Source: Bacilli bacterium (lineage in GTDB: Bacteria; Bacillota_I; Bacilli_A; ML615J-28; CAG-698). Taken from it: 64,000 bases of DNA. The stretch spans positions 10,383 to 74,382 of the forward strand of contig JAQVOS010000001.1 in assembly GCA_028702495.1 (NCBI GenBank). Reading direction: 5' to 3'. Under the pieces are notes generated by a model. It did no database searches. It had not been told where the DNA came from and saw nothing but the letters and a program-made list of their open reading frames with translations. Shown here in pieces: positions 20,697 to 29,330 of the stretch. The position numbers and the translations under genes were made by a program. Position 1 is the stretch's first letter, and the number at the start of each line of letters is the position of its first letter.

Positions 20697-21200
20697 GACT
20701 TGTTTGTATTGACGATTGGGGTGTTTTTCAAGCAAGTGTTTGATGCGTGGACGATTATAGCGCTGCACAATAATGCAGGGCATATTGACGATAAGACTAT
20801 ACACGAGCATCATCCAACCAACATAGAATGGCGTGAATAAGAAGAAGATCCAAAATAAGAGAATGGGTCCAATATGGGTTGCTTCCCCACGACAAGACTC
20901 AACAAGAAATTTTTCCAGATTTTCATCACGATAATCTTCTAAATGCTTCTTTTGATATCCTTTTTTTCGCCAAACAGCACCTCCATCTGGCAGAAGATGC
21001 TTCCACGATTTCACTTTAAAAAGAGTTTGATACAACTCACCCTCTTTTTCAAATGCATGACTTCGATAAACCCAATGATCGGGGTGAAACAAGCGTTTCG
21101 GTAGATTCAACATGAGTAGGGCACACCCTGATTGAATAATAGGCCATACAATAAAACATAGAAGAATGGTCAGTTCATCACTTAAAAAGAGAACTCTCAT
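20691..21200 (-). CDS. crtO: Glycosyl-4,4'-diaponeurosporenoate acyltransferase-like membrane protein
   Basis: 169 aa; C-terminal …IIVQRYNRPRI… matches the conserved IIVQRYNRPRL block of S. aureus CrtO; ATGA overlap with upstream GT2. Confidence 0.65.
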   Translation of the reverse strand: MRVLFLSDELTILLCFIVWPIIQSGCALLMLNLPKRLFHPDHWVYRSHAFEKEGELYQTLFKVKSWKHLLPDGGAVWRKKGYQKKHLEDYRDENLEKFLVESCRGEATHIGPILLFWIFFLFTPFYVGWMMLVYSLIVNMPCIIVQRYNRPRIKHLLEKHPNRQYKQVG

Positions 21201-22306
21201 GATGGATTCCTCGAACGAATGGTTCTATCTTTCCAAATGACAGGTCGTTTAAATATTTTCTTCACCAGAGATAAGGTGAATAAAACAACAAAAAAGGTAA
21301 ATATGATGGGATATAATACAAGACCCCCCCATTGATTGTGTCCTATTTGATGCGATATTTTTCGTAATATTGGTATCCACAAACGAGTGCCAATTCCGAA
21401 AACAAGAGCCCACCACTCAAGTCCTAAAAGACTATAACGAACAATTTGAATAGGTCCTGATAGGATGGATGCAATGAAGAAGAATACCCCGAGCGAAAGC
21501 ATGAAAGGTGTTTTCATCGCACCAGCAGCCATATTCTTCGTCCAGCCTTGAATTAGCGTCTTAATTCCCAAAGGATACATACGAAAATTTAGCCCAACAT
21601 CTCCGACATAAGTTTGAAAAGAAAGCCCTTTGCGTCGCAACACTTGGCCTAAACTCATGTCTTCAACAATGCTATCTTTAACGCTTTCGTGTCCGCCAAT
21701 CGCAAAATAATCCTTTTTTGATATGAGAATGATGGGGCCATAACAACCAATTGGTTTTTGTTTAGGAATTGCAGTTTGATTGGCAGCAATTTGAATAAGA
21801 TTAAACGGAAGTGATAATTGTTCATATGCGCGTTGTGTTGCATGATAGGGTTGTACTGAAATCGTACATTTCTCTTTTTGATAGAGAGAAGCAAGTCTCA
21901 TAATTGCTTCATGATCAAGACGAACATCACTATCCAAAAACAAATAGACTTCTCCAGTTGCTATCTGACTTCCTTGCCATAAAGCCCAGGACTTACCAAT
22001 CCAACCTTTCGCTTTTTCTTTAATTTCAAGGATTCGAATTGGGTATTCTTTCGCAATAGCGACCGTTTTATCAGTTGAGTCATCATCCACAACAATCACC
22101 TCATGAGGAATGAGAGTTTGCTGCATGAGATCTTGAAGCAATAGTCCAATGGTATGTTCTTCATTCCGACAAGGAATGATGACTGACACTCGTAAAGATG
22201 GATCGTTTAGAGTAACATGAGGAATTTTGGGAATTTTATAAAATAAAATTCCTGCAGCCACGAGTCCGACAAAAACAATAACAAGACGAAGGATGAGAAG
22301 AAACAT
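21197..22306 (-). CDS. crtQ: Family-2 glycosyltransferase (CrtQ-like, 4,4'-diaponeurosporenoate glycosyltransferase)
   Basis: GT2 motifs VSVIIPCRNEE…VVDDDSTD; N-terminal TM helix plus C-terminal TM bundle. Confidence 0.65.
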   Translation of the reverse strand: MFLLILRLVIVFVGLVAAGILFYKIPKIPHVTLNDPSLRVSVIIPCRNEEHTIGLLLQDLMQQTLIPHEVIVVDDDSTDKTVAIAKEYPIRILEIKEKAKGWIGKSWALWQGSQIATGEVYLFLDSDVRLDHEAIMRLASLYQKEKCTISVQPYHATQRAYEQLSLPFNLIQIAANQTAIPKQKPIGCYGPIILISKKDYFAIGGHESVKDSIVEDMSLGQVLRRKGLSFQTYVGDVGLNFRMYPLGIKTLIQGWTKNMAAGAMKTPFMLSLGVFFFIASILSGPIQIVRYSLLGLEWWALVFGIGTRLWIPILRKISHQIGHNQWGGLVLYPIIFTFFVVLFTLSLVKKIFKRPVIWKDRTIRSRNPS

Positions 22307-22310
22307 ATCA

Positions 22311-23864
22311 TCACTTCCTTTTCTTGATAATCTTGTCAGCAGCTAATTTTCCTGTCAAAATCGAAACAGGCATTCCAGCAGGACTAAAAGTCCATTGACC
22401 GCATTGATAGATGTGGGGGATGGTTGTTCGAATGGATTTTCTAATTTGGGGAAAACGATGTTCTGAAGGGATGACCTCATTCGCAAATGACCACCCTGTG
22501 ATGGCTCCATCTGCATTAGAAGTTAATGATTCAATCGTAAGCGGTGTCGAACAACTTTCAAAAACAATCAAGTTTGATAAATCTGGAAGAACACTTTTTT
22601 CTAGAACATCTTTCACTTTTTTAAGAATAAACTTTTTAAATTCTTCCATTTGACGATGATCACTAAAACGTGCTGTCAAATCATAATCAAATAGTGTGCT
22701 AACAATCAAGCTCGATTGCCCATCGGGAGCAAGAGATGGATCCCTTAGTGAGGGACAAGAAATTTCATAAGTTGTATAATCCAAATATTGACTCACCCAT
22801 GTAGATAGATTAGGTGCATCTTTCCAAGTAGAAAGGTTGTGTAGTCCTCGCGAATCAGGAGTATAAAAGCTGTGGATTCCCACATACTTTAATAGCTTTT
22901 CACTATTCATGCGAATGCCAAAATAACAGGTTAGAATCGAATCACTACCATGGCTTTTATTCATTAAAGCACTTAACTTTCTTCCTTTTCTTGAAGGAAG
23001 ATGAGCGAGATTGCGATAAAGAGTCTTAATATTCGCAGCCCACACCAAATCATGATATCCAATGACTTCTTTTGCCTCGGTTGTAATGGTTTTTTGTTTT
23101 TGATCGACTGCTATCACACGTGTTTTACAAGCGATCTCGCCACCATATTTTAGGATCACTTCTTCTAATTTTTTTGTAAGCGTTCCTGTTCCTCCTAAAG
23201 GATAGCGATAATCCGTATAAAACCCAAAATAACTCAGAGCAAAGAAAGCAGGCGTGTTTTTAAAAAAGTGCTGAGTAATCATATCGATTAAAGATTGGTT
23301 CTGAGTAAATTGTTTAAGATAAGTTACGACATCTCCGTGAAAGGCTTTCACCTTTTTCATACTACGATTATATTTGATAAGCCATGGAAGAAGGGTGTGA
23401 AGCAGATACTTAGAATCTAGCTTTCCTTCTAAAAACAAGGGGTTTTCGATTCCATATAAAACATCCATATACATCATGACTTGTCGTATTTTTTCAGTAA
23501 TAATGTCAATGGCATTTTTTTCATCAGGAAAATGCGATTTCAAAAGTTTGGCATAGTCATTCAATGATTCTTTATTGTCAATGGAAATCATATCATTTTT
23601 GATTCCAATCTGAACAGGATTCGAAATAAATGTCATATCAATTCCTAAGGACTTAATCATTGGTAATAGAATTCCTGAATCTTCAAACGCACGAATCCCC
23701 TGATCAAAAGAAAATCCTTCGCGTTCAAATGTTCCGACAAGCCCACCTACTTTTTCTTGTTGTTCACATAAGAGAACACGTACACCCGCCTTGGCAAGAT
23801 AGGCAGTGGCAGTTAATCCAGCAATGCCACCCCCTACAACAATCACATCATAGGAACGCATCAT
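22311..23864 (-). CDS. FAD-dependent desaturase/oxidase of the phytoene-desaturase (CrtI/CrtN/CrtP) family
   Basis: N-terminal dinucleotide fold VIVVGGGIAGLTA; about 517 aa as for CrtN/CrtP. Confidence 0.7.
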   Translation of the reverse strand: MMRSYDVIVVGGGIAGLTATAYLAKAGVRVLLCEQQEKVGGLVGTFEREGFSFDQGIRAFEDSGILLPMIKSLGIDMTFISNPVQIGIKNDMISIDNKESLNDYAKLLKSHFPDEKNAIDIITEKIRQVMMYMDVLYGIENPLFLEGKLDSKYLLHTLLPWLIKYNRSMKKVKAFHGDVVTYLKQFTQNQSLIDMITQHFFKNTPAFFALSYFGFYTDYRYPLGGTGTLTKKLEEVILKYGGEIACKTRVIAVDQKQKTITTEAKEVIGYHDLVWAANIKTLYRNLAHLPSRKGRKLSALMNKSHGSDSILTCYFGIRMNSEKLLKYVGIHSFYTPDSRGLHNLSTWKDAPNLSTWVSQYLDYTTYEISCPSLRDPSLAPDGQSSLIVSTLFDYDLTARFSDHRQMEEFKKFILKKVKDVLEKSVLPDLSNLIVFESCSTPLTIESLTSNADGAITGWSFANEVIPSEHRFPQIRKSIRTTIPHIYQCGQWTFSPAGMPVSILTGKLAADKIIKKRK

Positions 23865-25708
23865 TATGACTCCTCCTTTTTGATATATTTCATAATCTTC
23901 TCTATTTGAATTCCAACTCCGCCTTCACGACACCAAATACAACGTTCTTCGAACGTATGTATTGCATCAAAAGAAACCTTGCTTTTAGCAAGAGCTTTTT
24001 TAGCTCCCTGCCAATTACCGAGGACGACTCGACGCATGATGCCACGAGCATCGAGGTCATGCACTCTAACACATGTTGGATGTTCACATAGGCGACAACG
24101 ATTGGCTTCTTCACGAATCGTGCGTTCTTCTTTTGAAGATTCACGGAATAACTCGCTTTTTTTAAAAGGGGGAGCAACAAGATGTACTTGTTCTTTGATA
24201 TTGGAATCAAACACAAAAGGCACCATTTTATATTTTCTCAAAATCACATTGGCTGCAGTTAATCCTGAGGTAGTAACCGTAGGCGTCCCTGTCCCCATGA
24301 CAGTGGATTCTCCAGAACAAAAAACATTACTCCATTTTGTTCTAATATGTTGACGATGGAACATATGTTGTCCTAACATTTGTTTTGGTCCCGCCACCGC
24401 TCCCTTATTTTTAAGGCAATAACGTTCAATGGTTCTTGGGGTTGCAAGTTCTGTATAGCGTACTTCCTTTTTGAAGCCTGGAAAACGACGTTCAATCACA
24501 TCAAGAAGTCGTTTAACTTCTTTATCTTTTTGAGTGCGATAAGTTTCTTTATTATGTGACCACTCTTCAAATGAAGGTCCAACAGCGATGACAATGTGCT
24601 CATCCTCTTGACATAATGTTTTATCATCAATCGACATAATATACAAGGTAACTTCACTTTCATCGAGTTGTTTAGGATTTCCAACTACCATTTCAATGGC
24701 GGCAGTATCATCAGGTATAACACTTTTAGAAACAGCGGTATATAAGACGACACTTGGGTACGTTGGCACTTGCTTTCTAAAAGTTTCACGAATTTTTAGG
24801 CTTGTTAAAGAAGGGTCTATTAATTTATCATAGAAATTCCAAACAGTTCCTGTATAAACGATATCGCGAGCAGACAAAGTGGTGCCATCATCTAAAAGAA
24901 CACCTGTGGCTTCGTTTTTCTCAAATAAAATCTTTTCGACTTCATGAGAATAGATCATATCTCCCCCGTGTTCTTCAATGACTTTCTCGAGTTTTCCAGG
25001 TAGATAAAGGGTTGAGCCTGCAGGGTAGTAACTACCTCCTACATGATTATCAACAAACATGACTGCTGCTAAAACAGCAGGAGCTTCTTCCACAGTTGCA
25101 TAACAGTAAGTAGAGGTTAGTTTATCGAAAAAATTAAAAATCTCTGGATTTTTAAAATATTGCTTCAGTAAACTTTTGGCACTTTGATTGAGTAAACTTA
25201 AAAATTTAATATAGGAAAAGGGATGTTTTAACATGCTTTTTAAAGCCAGCCTCGGGTTCGTTTCCTCAGGACTTGTATAGGTGGGATTCTCAACCATAAC
25301 ATGGGTGTACATCCTCATCATATCGCGATAAAACCGATGAATGTTTCCCGCTTCATCGGGAAATACACCGGCTAGTTCATCTGCAAATTTTTCTACATCA
25401 GCCCAAAAACGAATTCTTTTGCCTTCATAATTGACAACATATAATAAATCATGTTTGATGATATCGATGGGTTCTTCTAACACGTTGAAGACAAAACGAT
25501 GAGCATTAAATCCGCGTTCACCAAATCCATACAACATCGTTGATCCTTGATCAAAGATTCGATTTCCCCTTTTAAAGATTCCACAAGATCCTCCAGGGTT
25601 ATAGTTGTTATCAATCACTCCAACTTTCAGTCCTCTTTTTGCTAATAAACTTCCGGCGGTCAATCCTGAAAGTCCGCCACCAATGATTAGTACATCATAA
25701 TTTATCAT
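23864..25708 (-). CDS. Phytoene-desaturase-family FAD oxidoreductase with C-terminal cysteine-rich (putative Fe-S, GltD/NfnB-N-terminal-like) extension
   Basis: N-terminal VLIIGGGLSGLTA FAD fold; about 500-aa desaturase core plus a roughly 110-aa tail containing CRLCEHPTC…GNWQGAKKAL…CIWC. Confidence 0.6.
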   Translation of the reverse strand: MINYDVLIIGGGLSGLTAGSLLAKRGLKVGVIDNNYNPGGSCGIFKRGNRIFDQGSTMLYGFGERGFNAHRFVFNVLEEPIDIIKHDLLYVVNYEGKRIRFWADVEKFADELAGVFPDEAGNIHRFYRDMMRMYTHVMVENPTYTSPEETNPRLALKSMLKHPFSYIKFLSLLNQSAKSLLKQYFKNPEIFNFFDKLTSTYCYATVEEAPAVLAAVMFVDNHVGGSYYPAGSTLYLPGKLEKVIEEHGGDMIYSHEVEKILFEKNEATGVLLDDGTTLSARDIVYTGTVWNFYDKLIDPSLTSLKIRETFRKQVPTYPSVVLYTAVSKSVIPDDTAAIEMVVGNPKQLDESEVTLYIMSIDDKTLCQEDEHIVIAVGPSFEEWSHNKETYRTQKDKEVKRLLDVIERRFPGFKKEVRYTELATPRTIERYCLKNKGAVAGPKQMLGQHMFHRQHIRTKWSNVFCSGESTVMGTGTPTVTTSGLTAANVILRKYKMVPFVFDSNIKEQVHLVAPPFKKSELFRESSKEERTIREEANRCRLCEHPTCVRVHDLDARGIMRRVVLGNWQGAKKALAKSKVSFDAIHTFEERCIWCREGGVGIQIEKIMKYIKKEES

Positions 25709-25881
25709 ATGTATATCCTTTGCCTTTAATGTCTCATTATAACATGGTTTTTAAAAGTTTTCTATCAAAATGCGTAGAAAACAACTCTTCATACTCATTT
25801 TAATCAGATAATAAAAAAGGCATATCATTTGCACTATTTTGTAAAGTAAGGCATAATAGAATCAATGATCGAGGTGATGAT

Positions 25882-26856
25882 GTGTTTCAATTACATATTG
25901 ATAAAAAGCCACCAACAACAGTTACTAAAGTAACAGTTTATGATCTCATCATTATTGGGGGTGGCCCTGCTGGTCTTAATGCAGCCCTTTATGCCAAGCG
26001 TAAAGGATTAAACGTCCTTCTTCTCGCAAAAGAAATTGGCGGACAACTTCATAACACAAGCATTGTTGATAACTATTTGGGATTTAAGGAAATAGAAGGA
26101 AAAGACTTGTCCAATACTTTTTTGCATCATCTCGAAACCTTATCTGTTCCAATAATGACTAATATAACTGTGAAGAATCTAGCATATCAAAAGGATATCT
26201 TTACCATTCAAGTTTCTGCAAGCCAATCCTATCAAGCTAGAACTGTTCTCCTTACAACGGGAGGTGCTCCAAGAAAGCTCAATATCCCTGGCGAAAAAGA
26301 GTATCAAAACAAAGGGGTCTCATATTGTACGACATGTGATGCTCCATTCTTCAAAGGAAAACATGTTATTGTTGCTGGGGGTGGAAATAGCGCTGCTGAA
26401 GCCATTATAGATCTTGCTGCTTGGGCTAGTAAAACAACACTTGTTCATCGAAGCGAATGGCGAGCCGATGATATCATTTTGCAAAAAGTAAAAACAATTC
26501 CTAATTTAACCATTCATCTACAAACACAAATCACAAGGATTTATGGAGATGACTTCATGAAAGGAATCAATGTTTTTGATAAAGTAACCGGTAAGGAAAG
26601 TTCCATTCTTGCTGATGGCATCTTCATCGAAATTGGGACCATTCCGAATAGTGATTTAGTAAAGGGTTTAGCAACCCTCAATGAAATTGGAGAAGTCATC
26701 GTTGACTCCAATCAAATGACGTCTTTCCCTGGATTATTTGCTGCAGGAGATGTCACAGCATCCCCTCATAAACAAATTGTTACCTCGATCGCCCAAGGAG
26801 CCATTGCTGCTTTAGGTGTGACACAATATTTAAATTTAAAGGAGAATAAAATATGA
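25882..26856 (+). CDS. Thioredoxin-reductase-like FAD/NAD(P) pyridine nucleotide-disulfide oxidoreductase
   Basis: GTG start with GAGGTGA RBS; IIIGGGPAGLNAA FAD motif, redox-active CTTC, second Rossmann VAGGGNSA. Confidence 0.75.
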   Translation: MFQLHIDKKPPTTVTKVTVYDLIIIGGGPAGLNAALYAKRKGLNVLLLAKEIGGQLHNTSIVDNYLGFKEIEGKDLSNTFLHHLETLSVPIMTNITVKNLAYQKDIFTIQVSASQSYQARTVLLTTGGAPRKLNIPGEKEYQNKGVSYCTTCDAPFFKGKHVIVAGGGNSAAEAIIDLAAWASKTTLVHRSEWRADDIILQKVKTIPNLTIHLQTQITRIYGDDFMKGINVFDKVTGKESSILADGIFIEIGTIPNSDLVKGLATLNEIGEVIVDSNQMTSFPGLFAAGDVTASPHKQIVTSIAQGAIAALGVTQYLNLKENKI

Positions 26857-27491
26857 ACCTATTACCAGAAGATATCCAACAACAAATTCAAGAATATTTA
26901 AACTTTATGAAAGATAAAGTAACCATCGTCCTTTTTACAAAGGAAGAACCTTGTGAAACTTGCGAAGAAACCACCGATCTTCTTCGTCAAATTGCATCCT
27001 TATCCACTCAACTCGAACTCGTAGAAAAGTCTTTTACGAAAGACACTGATGATGTTAAAAAATATCACATTGAGCGCGTTCCAAGTTTTGTGTTACTGGA
27101 TGCAAAAGGGGAATACCATGGAGTGAAATTTAGTGGAATTCCTGGAGGACATGAAATCAATTCCTTTTTAGGGGCCTTGATTGACATGTCTGGGATGGAT
27201 TATGGTTTTGATGACGAAACCATCAAACGTATTCAAGCAATTAAGACACCTACCAACATTAAAGTCTTTGTGACTTTATCGTGCCCTCATTGCCCTGGAG
27301 CTGTTCAAACCGCTCATCGTATGGCGATGCTAAATAAGAACATTGAAAGTGAAATGATTGAAGCCCAAACCTTCTATGATTTGGCCATGCAATATAAGGT
27401 TTCGGGTGTTCCTAAAATCGTTATTAATGAAACTCAAGAACTGGTTGGAAATCAACCTATTGAATCATTCCTTGAACAACTAGAAAAGTAA
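26853..27491 (+). CDS. Double-thioredoxin-fold protein disulfide oxidoreductase-like protein (AhpF-N-terminal/PDO-like; CETC and CPHC motifs)
   Basis: Two CxxC motifs in separate halves; ATGA overlap with upstream reductase. Confidence 0.55.
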   Translation: MNLLPEDIQQQIQEYLNFMKDKVTIVLFTKEEPCETCEETTDLLRQIASLSTQLELVEKSFTKDTDDVKKYHIERVPSFVLLDAKGEYHGVKFSGIPGGHEINSFLGALIDMSGMDYGFDDETIKRIQAIKTPTNIKVFVTLSCPHCPGAVQTAHRMAMLNKNIESEMIEAQTFYDLAMQYKVSGVPKIVINETQELVGNQPIESFLEQLEK

Positions 27492-27513
27492 CCATAAATC
27501 ATTTTTCGATGAT

Positions 27514-27546
27514 AAAAGGTACTCTGCTGCACAGAGTACCTTTTTA
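27514..27546. terminator. Bidirectional rho-independent terminator between convergent genes (GGTACTCTG/CAGAGTACC stem flanked by A-run and T-run)
   Basis: 9-bp stem, 5-nt loop, TTTTT downstream and AAAA upstream. Confidence 0.65.
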
Positions 27547-27548
27547 CA

Positions 27549-29330
27549 TTATTTATTCTTTTGATATAAGTTTTTTTGAGTGTTAAACATATTGGCATAT
27601 AATCCATTAATCATTAACATCTCTTCATGAGTTCCTTGTTCAGCAATTTTACCTTTATCAATGAGATAAATGTAATCTGCATCTACAACAGTGGATAAGC
27701 GATGAGCAATGATAATCATTGTTTTGTCGGTTGCTTTAAGAATGAGTTTATTAATTCTTTCTTCTGATAATGGATCAAGCGAACTGGTTGGTTCATCTAA
27801 GATGTAGATATCTGCTTTACTCGCAAAGACACGTGAGATGGCGATGCGTTGAACTTCACCTCCGCTGAATACAGCTCCATCACGATTAAATTCTCGTGTG
27901 ACAGGTGTATGGATCCCCATTGGAAGTGTTTCCACTTTTTTCTTCATGCCAACCTTATCCAAAGCTTCCCAAACAATGGCCTCATCCTCAGGAGTTTCTA
28001 CTTTTCTCATGAGCACATTTTCACCAATTGTTAATGCATAGATTTGGAAATCCTGGAAGACTACCGAATACTTCTCACGAATGGATGTTGCATCCATTTC
28101 TTTATACTCGATATCATTCATTAGAAGGGTTCCCATCGTTGGACGATAGAAATGGAGGAGGAGTTTTGTAAGCGTGGTTTTTCCACCCCCATTGGGTCCA
28201 ACAATCGCGATTTTTGAACCTCGTTTTAAATTAAAACGAATTTGATTTAAACTAAAGAAATCAACACCTGCATATTGGAATGATAAATTGTCAAGTTTGA
28301 GATCACGGAATGTTTCAATTGATTGCCCTTTTTGAGTTTCCAAAACGGGTTGATATTCAATAAACCACAAGAAGTCACCAATGTAGAAGGAGTTTTCTCT
28401 TAATGAATTGAGGAAGTTGACAGAATCGACAAAATGAGAGAAGAATTGCAAAGCAGCATTGATTGTTGAAGCAAAAACGCTGACTTTCATTCCTTCAAAG
28501 AATAGTTGATAGGTAAGATAGGCATAAGTTGATCCTTGCTCAATCAGTCCTTTGGAGACATTATTAATCGAGCGAAGGGCAACAACAGTTCGATGGGTTT
28601 TTGCATATTTTTGGTTGATAATATTTGCACTTTCGCGATATCGTTTGATGAGTAATTCACTGATGGGAGTGGTTTTAATTTCTCCCGCGAATTTTTGACG
28701 ATAAAAGGTTCGATTGATGTAATTATACATCCGTCGATCTGTTTCTGTTTCTTTACTCCACAAATACCATTTCTTATTAATCGAGCTTACAATGACTAAA
28801 TTGATAATCGATGATATCAAAATAATGACAATTAAAATAGGATCTGTGACAATAATGAGGGTCCCAATGGCGATAGTAGACGTAACCGATGTTGCGAATT
28901 TTATGAGTTCTTCAAAGACACGAATCCCTCTAAATACACTTTCTCGCAAGGCACGAGAATAGTTATCATAGAACTCTGGATTATCAAATGATTCCATATC
29001 GATGTATTTGACTTTTTTGAAGATGAAATTTTGCATCTTTTTCACAAATACAGCCCGATATCGTGGACTAATATAAGCGTTATAACTGGTTCGAACGAGA
29101 ATTGTAATCGTAACGACCACCAAATACCATAAGAGAGATGTAAATAAGAGTCCGATGGCTTCGCCACTCATAACCGATTCAATGGCGCGCTTGATGATAA
29201 GAATCTTACTTACCGACAGAACCACCGAGGCAGCGATATGAAGGATAGATGCAATCACATAGATAGGACAAAAGCGGAAGACATAACCCAAGACCTGAGT
29301 AATATTCTTAACGATCTTCATGATTTTCAC
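27549..29330 (-). CDS. ABC exporter, fused permease/ATPase (heterodimer partner B)
   Basis: TM domain, Walker A GPNGGGKTT, signature FSGGEVQR, Walker B IYILDEPTS. Confidence 0.85.
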   Translation of the reverse strand: MKIMKIVKNITQVLGYVFRFCPIYVIASILHIAASVVLSVSKILIIKRAIESVMSGEAIGLLFTSLLWYLVVVTITILVRTSYNAYISPRYRAVFVKKMQNFIFKKVKYIDMESFDNPEFYDNYSRALRESVFRGIRVFEELIKFATSVTSTIAIGTLIIVTDPILIVIILISSIINLVIVSSINKKWYLWSKETETDRRMYNYINRTFYRQKFAGEIKTTPISELLIKRYRESANIINQKYAKTHRTVVALRSINNVSKGLIEQGSTYAYLTYQLFFEGMKVSVFASTINAALQFFSHFVDSVNFLNSLRENSFYIGDFLWFIEYQPVLETQKGQSIETFRDLKLDNLSFQYAGVDFFSLNQIRFNLKRGSKIAIVGPNGGGKTTLTKLLLHFYRPTMGTLLMNDIEYKEMDATSIREKYSVVFQDFQIYALTIGENVLMRKVETPEDEAIVWEALDKVGMKKKVETLPMGIHTPVTREFNRDGAVFSGGEVQRIAISRVFASKADIYILDEPTSSLDPLSEERINKLILKATDKTMIIIAHRLSTVVDADYIYLIDKGKIAEQGTHEEMLMINGLYANMFNTQKNLYQKNK

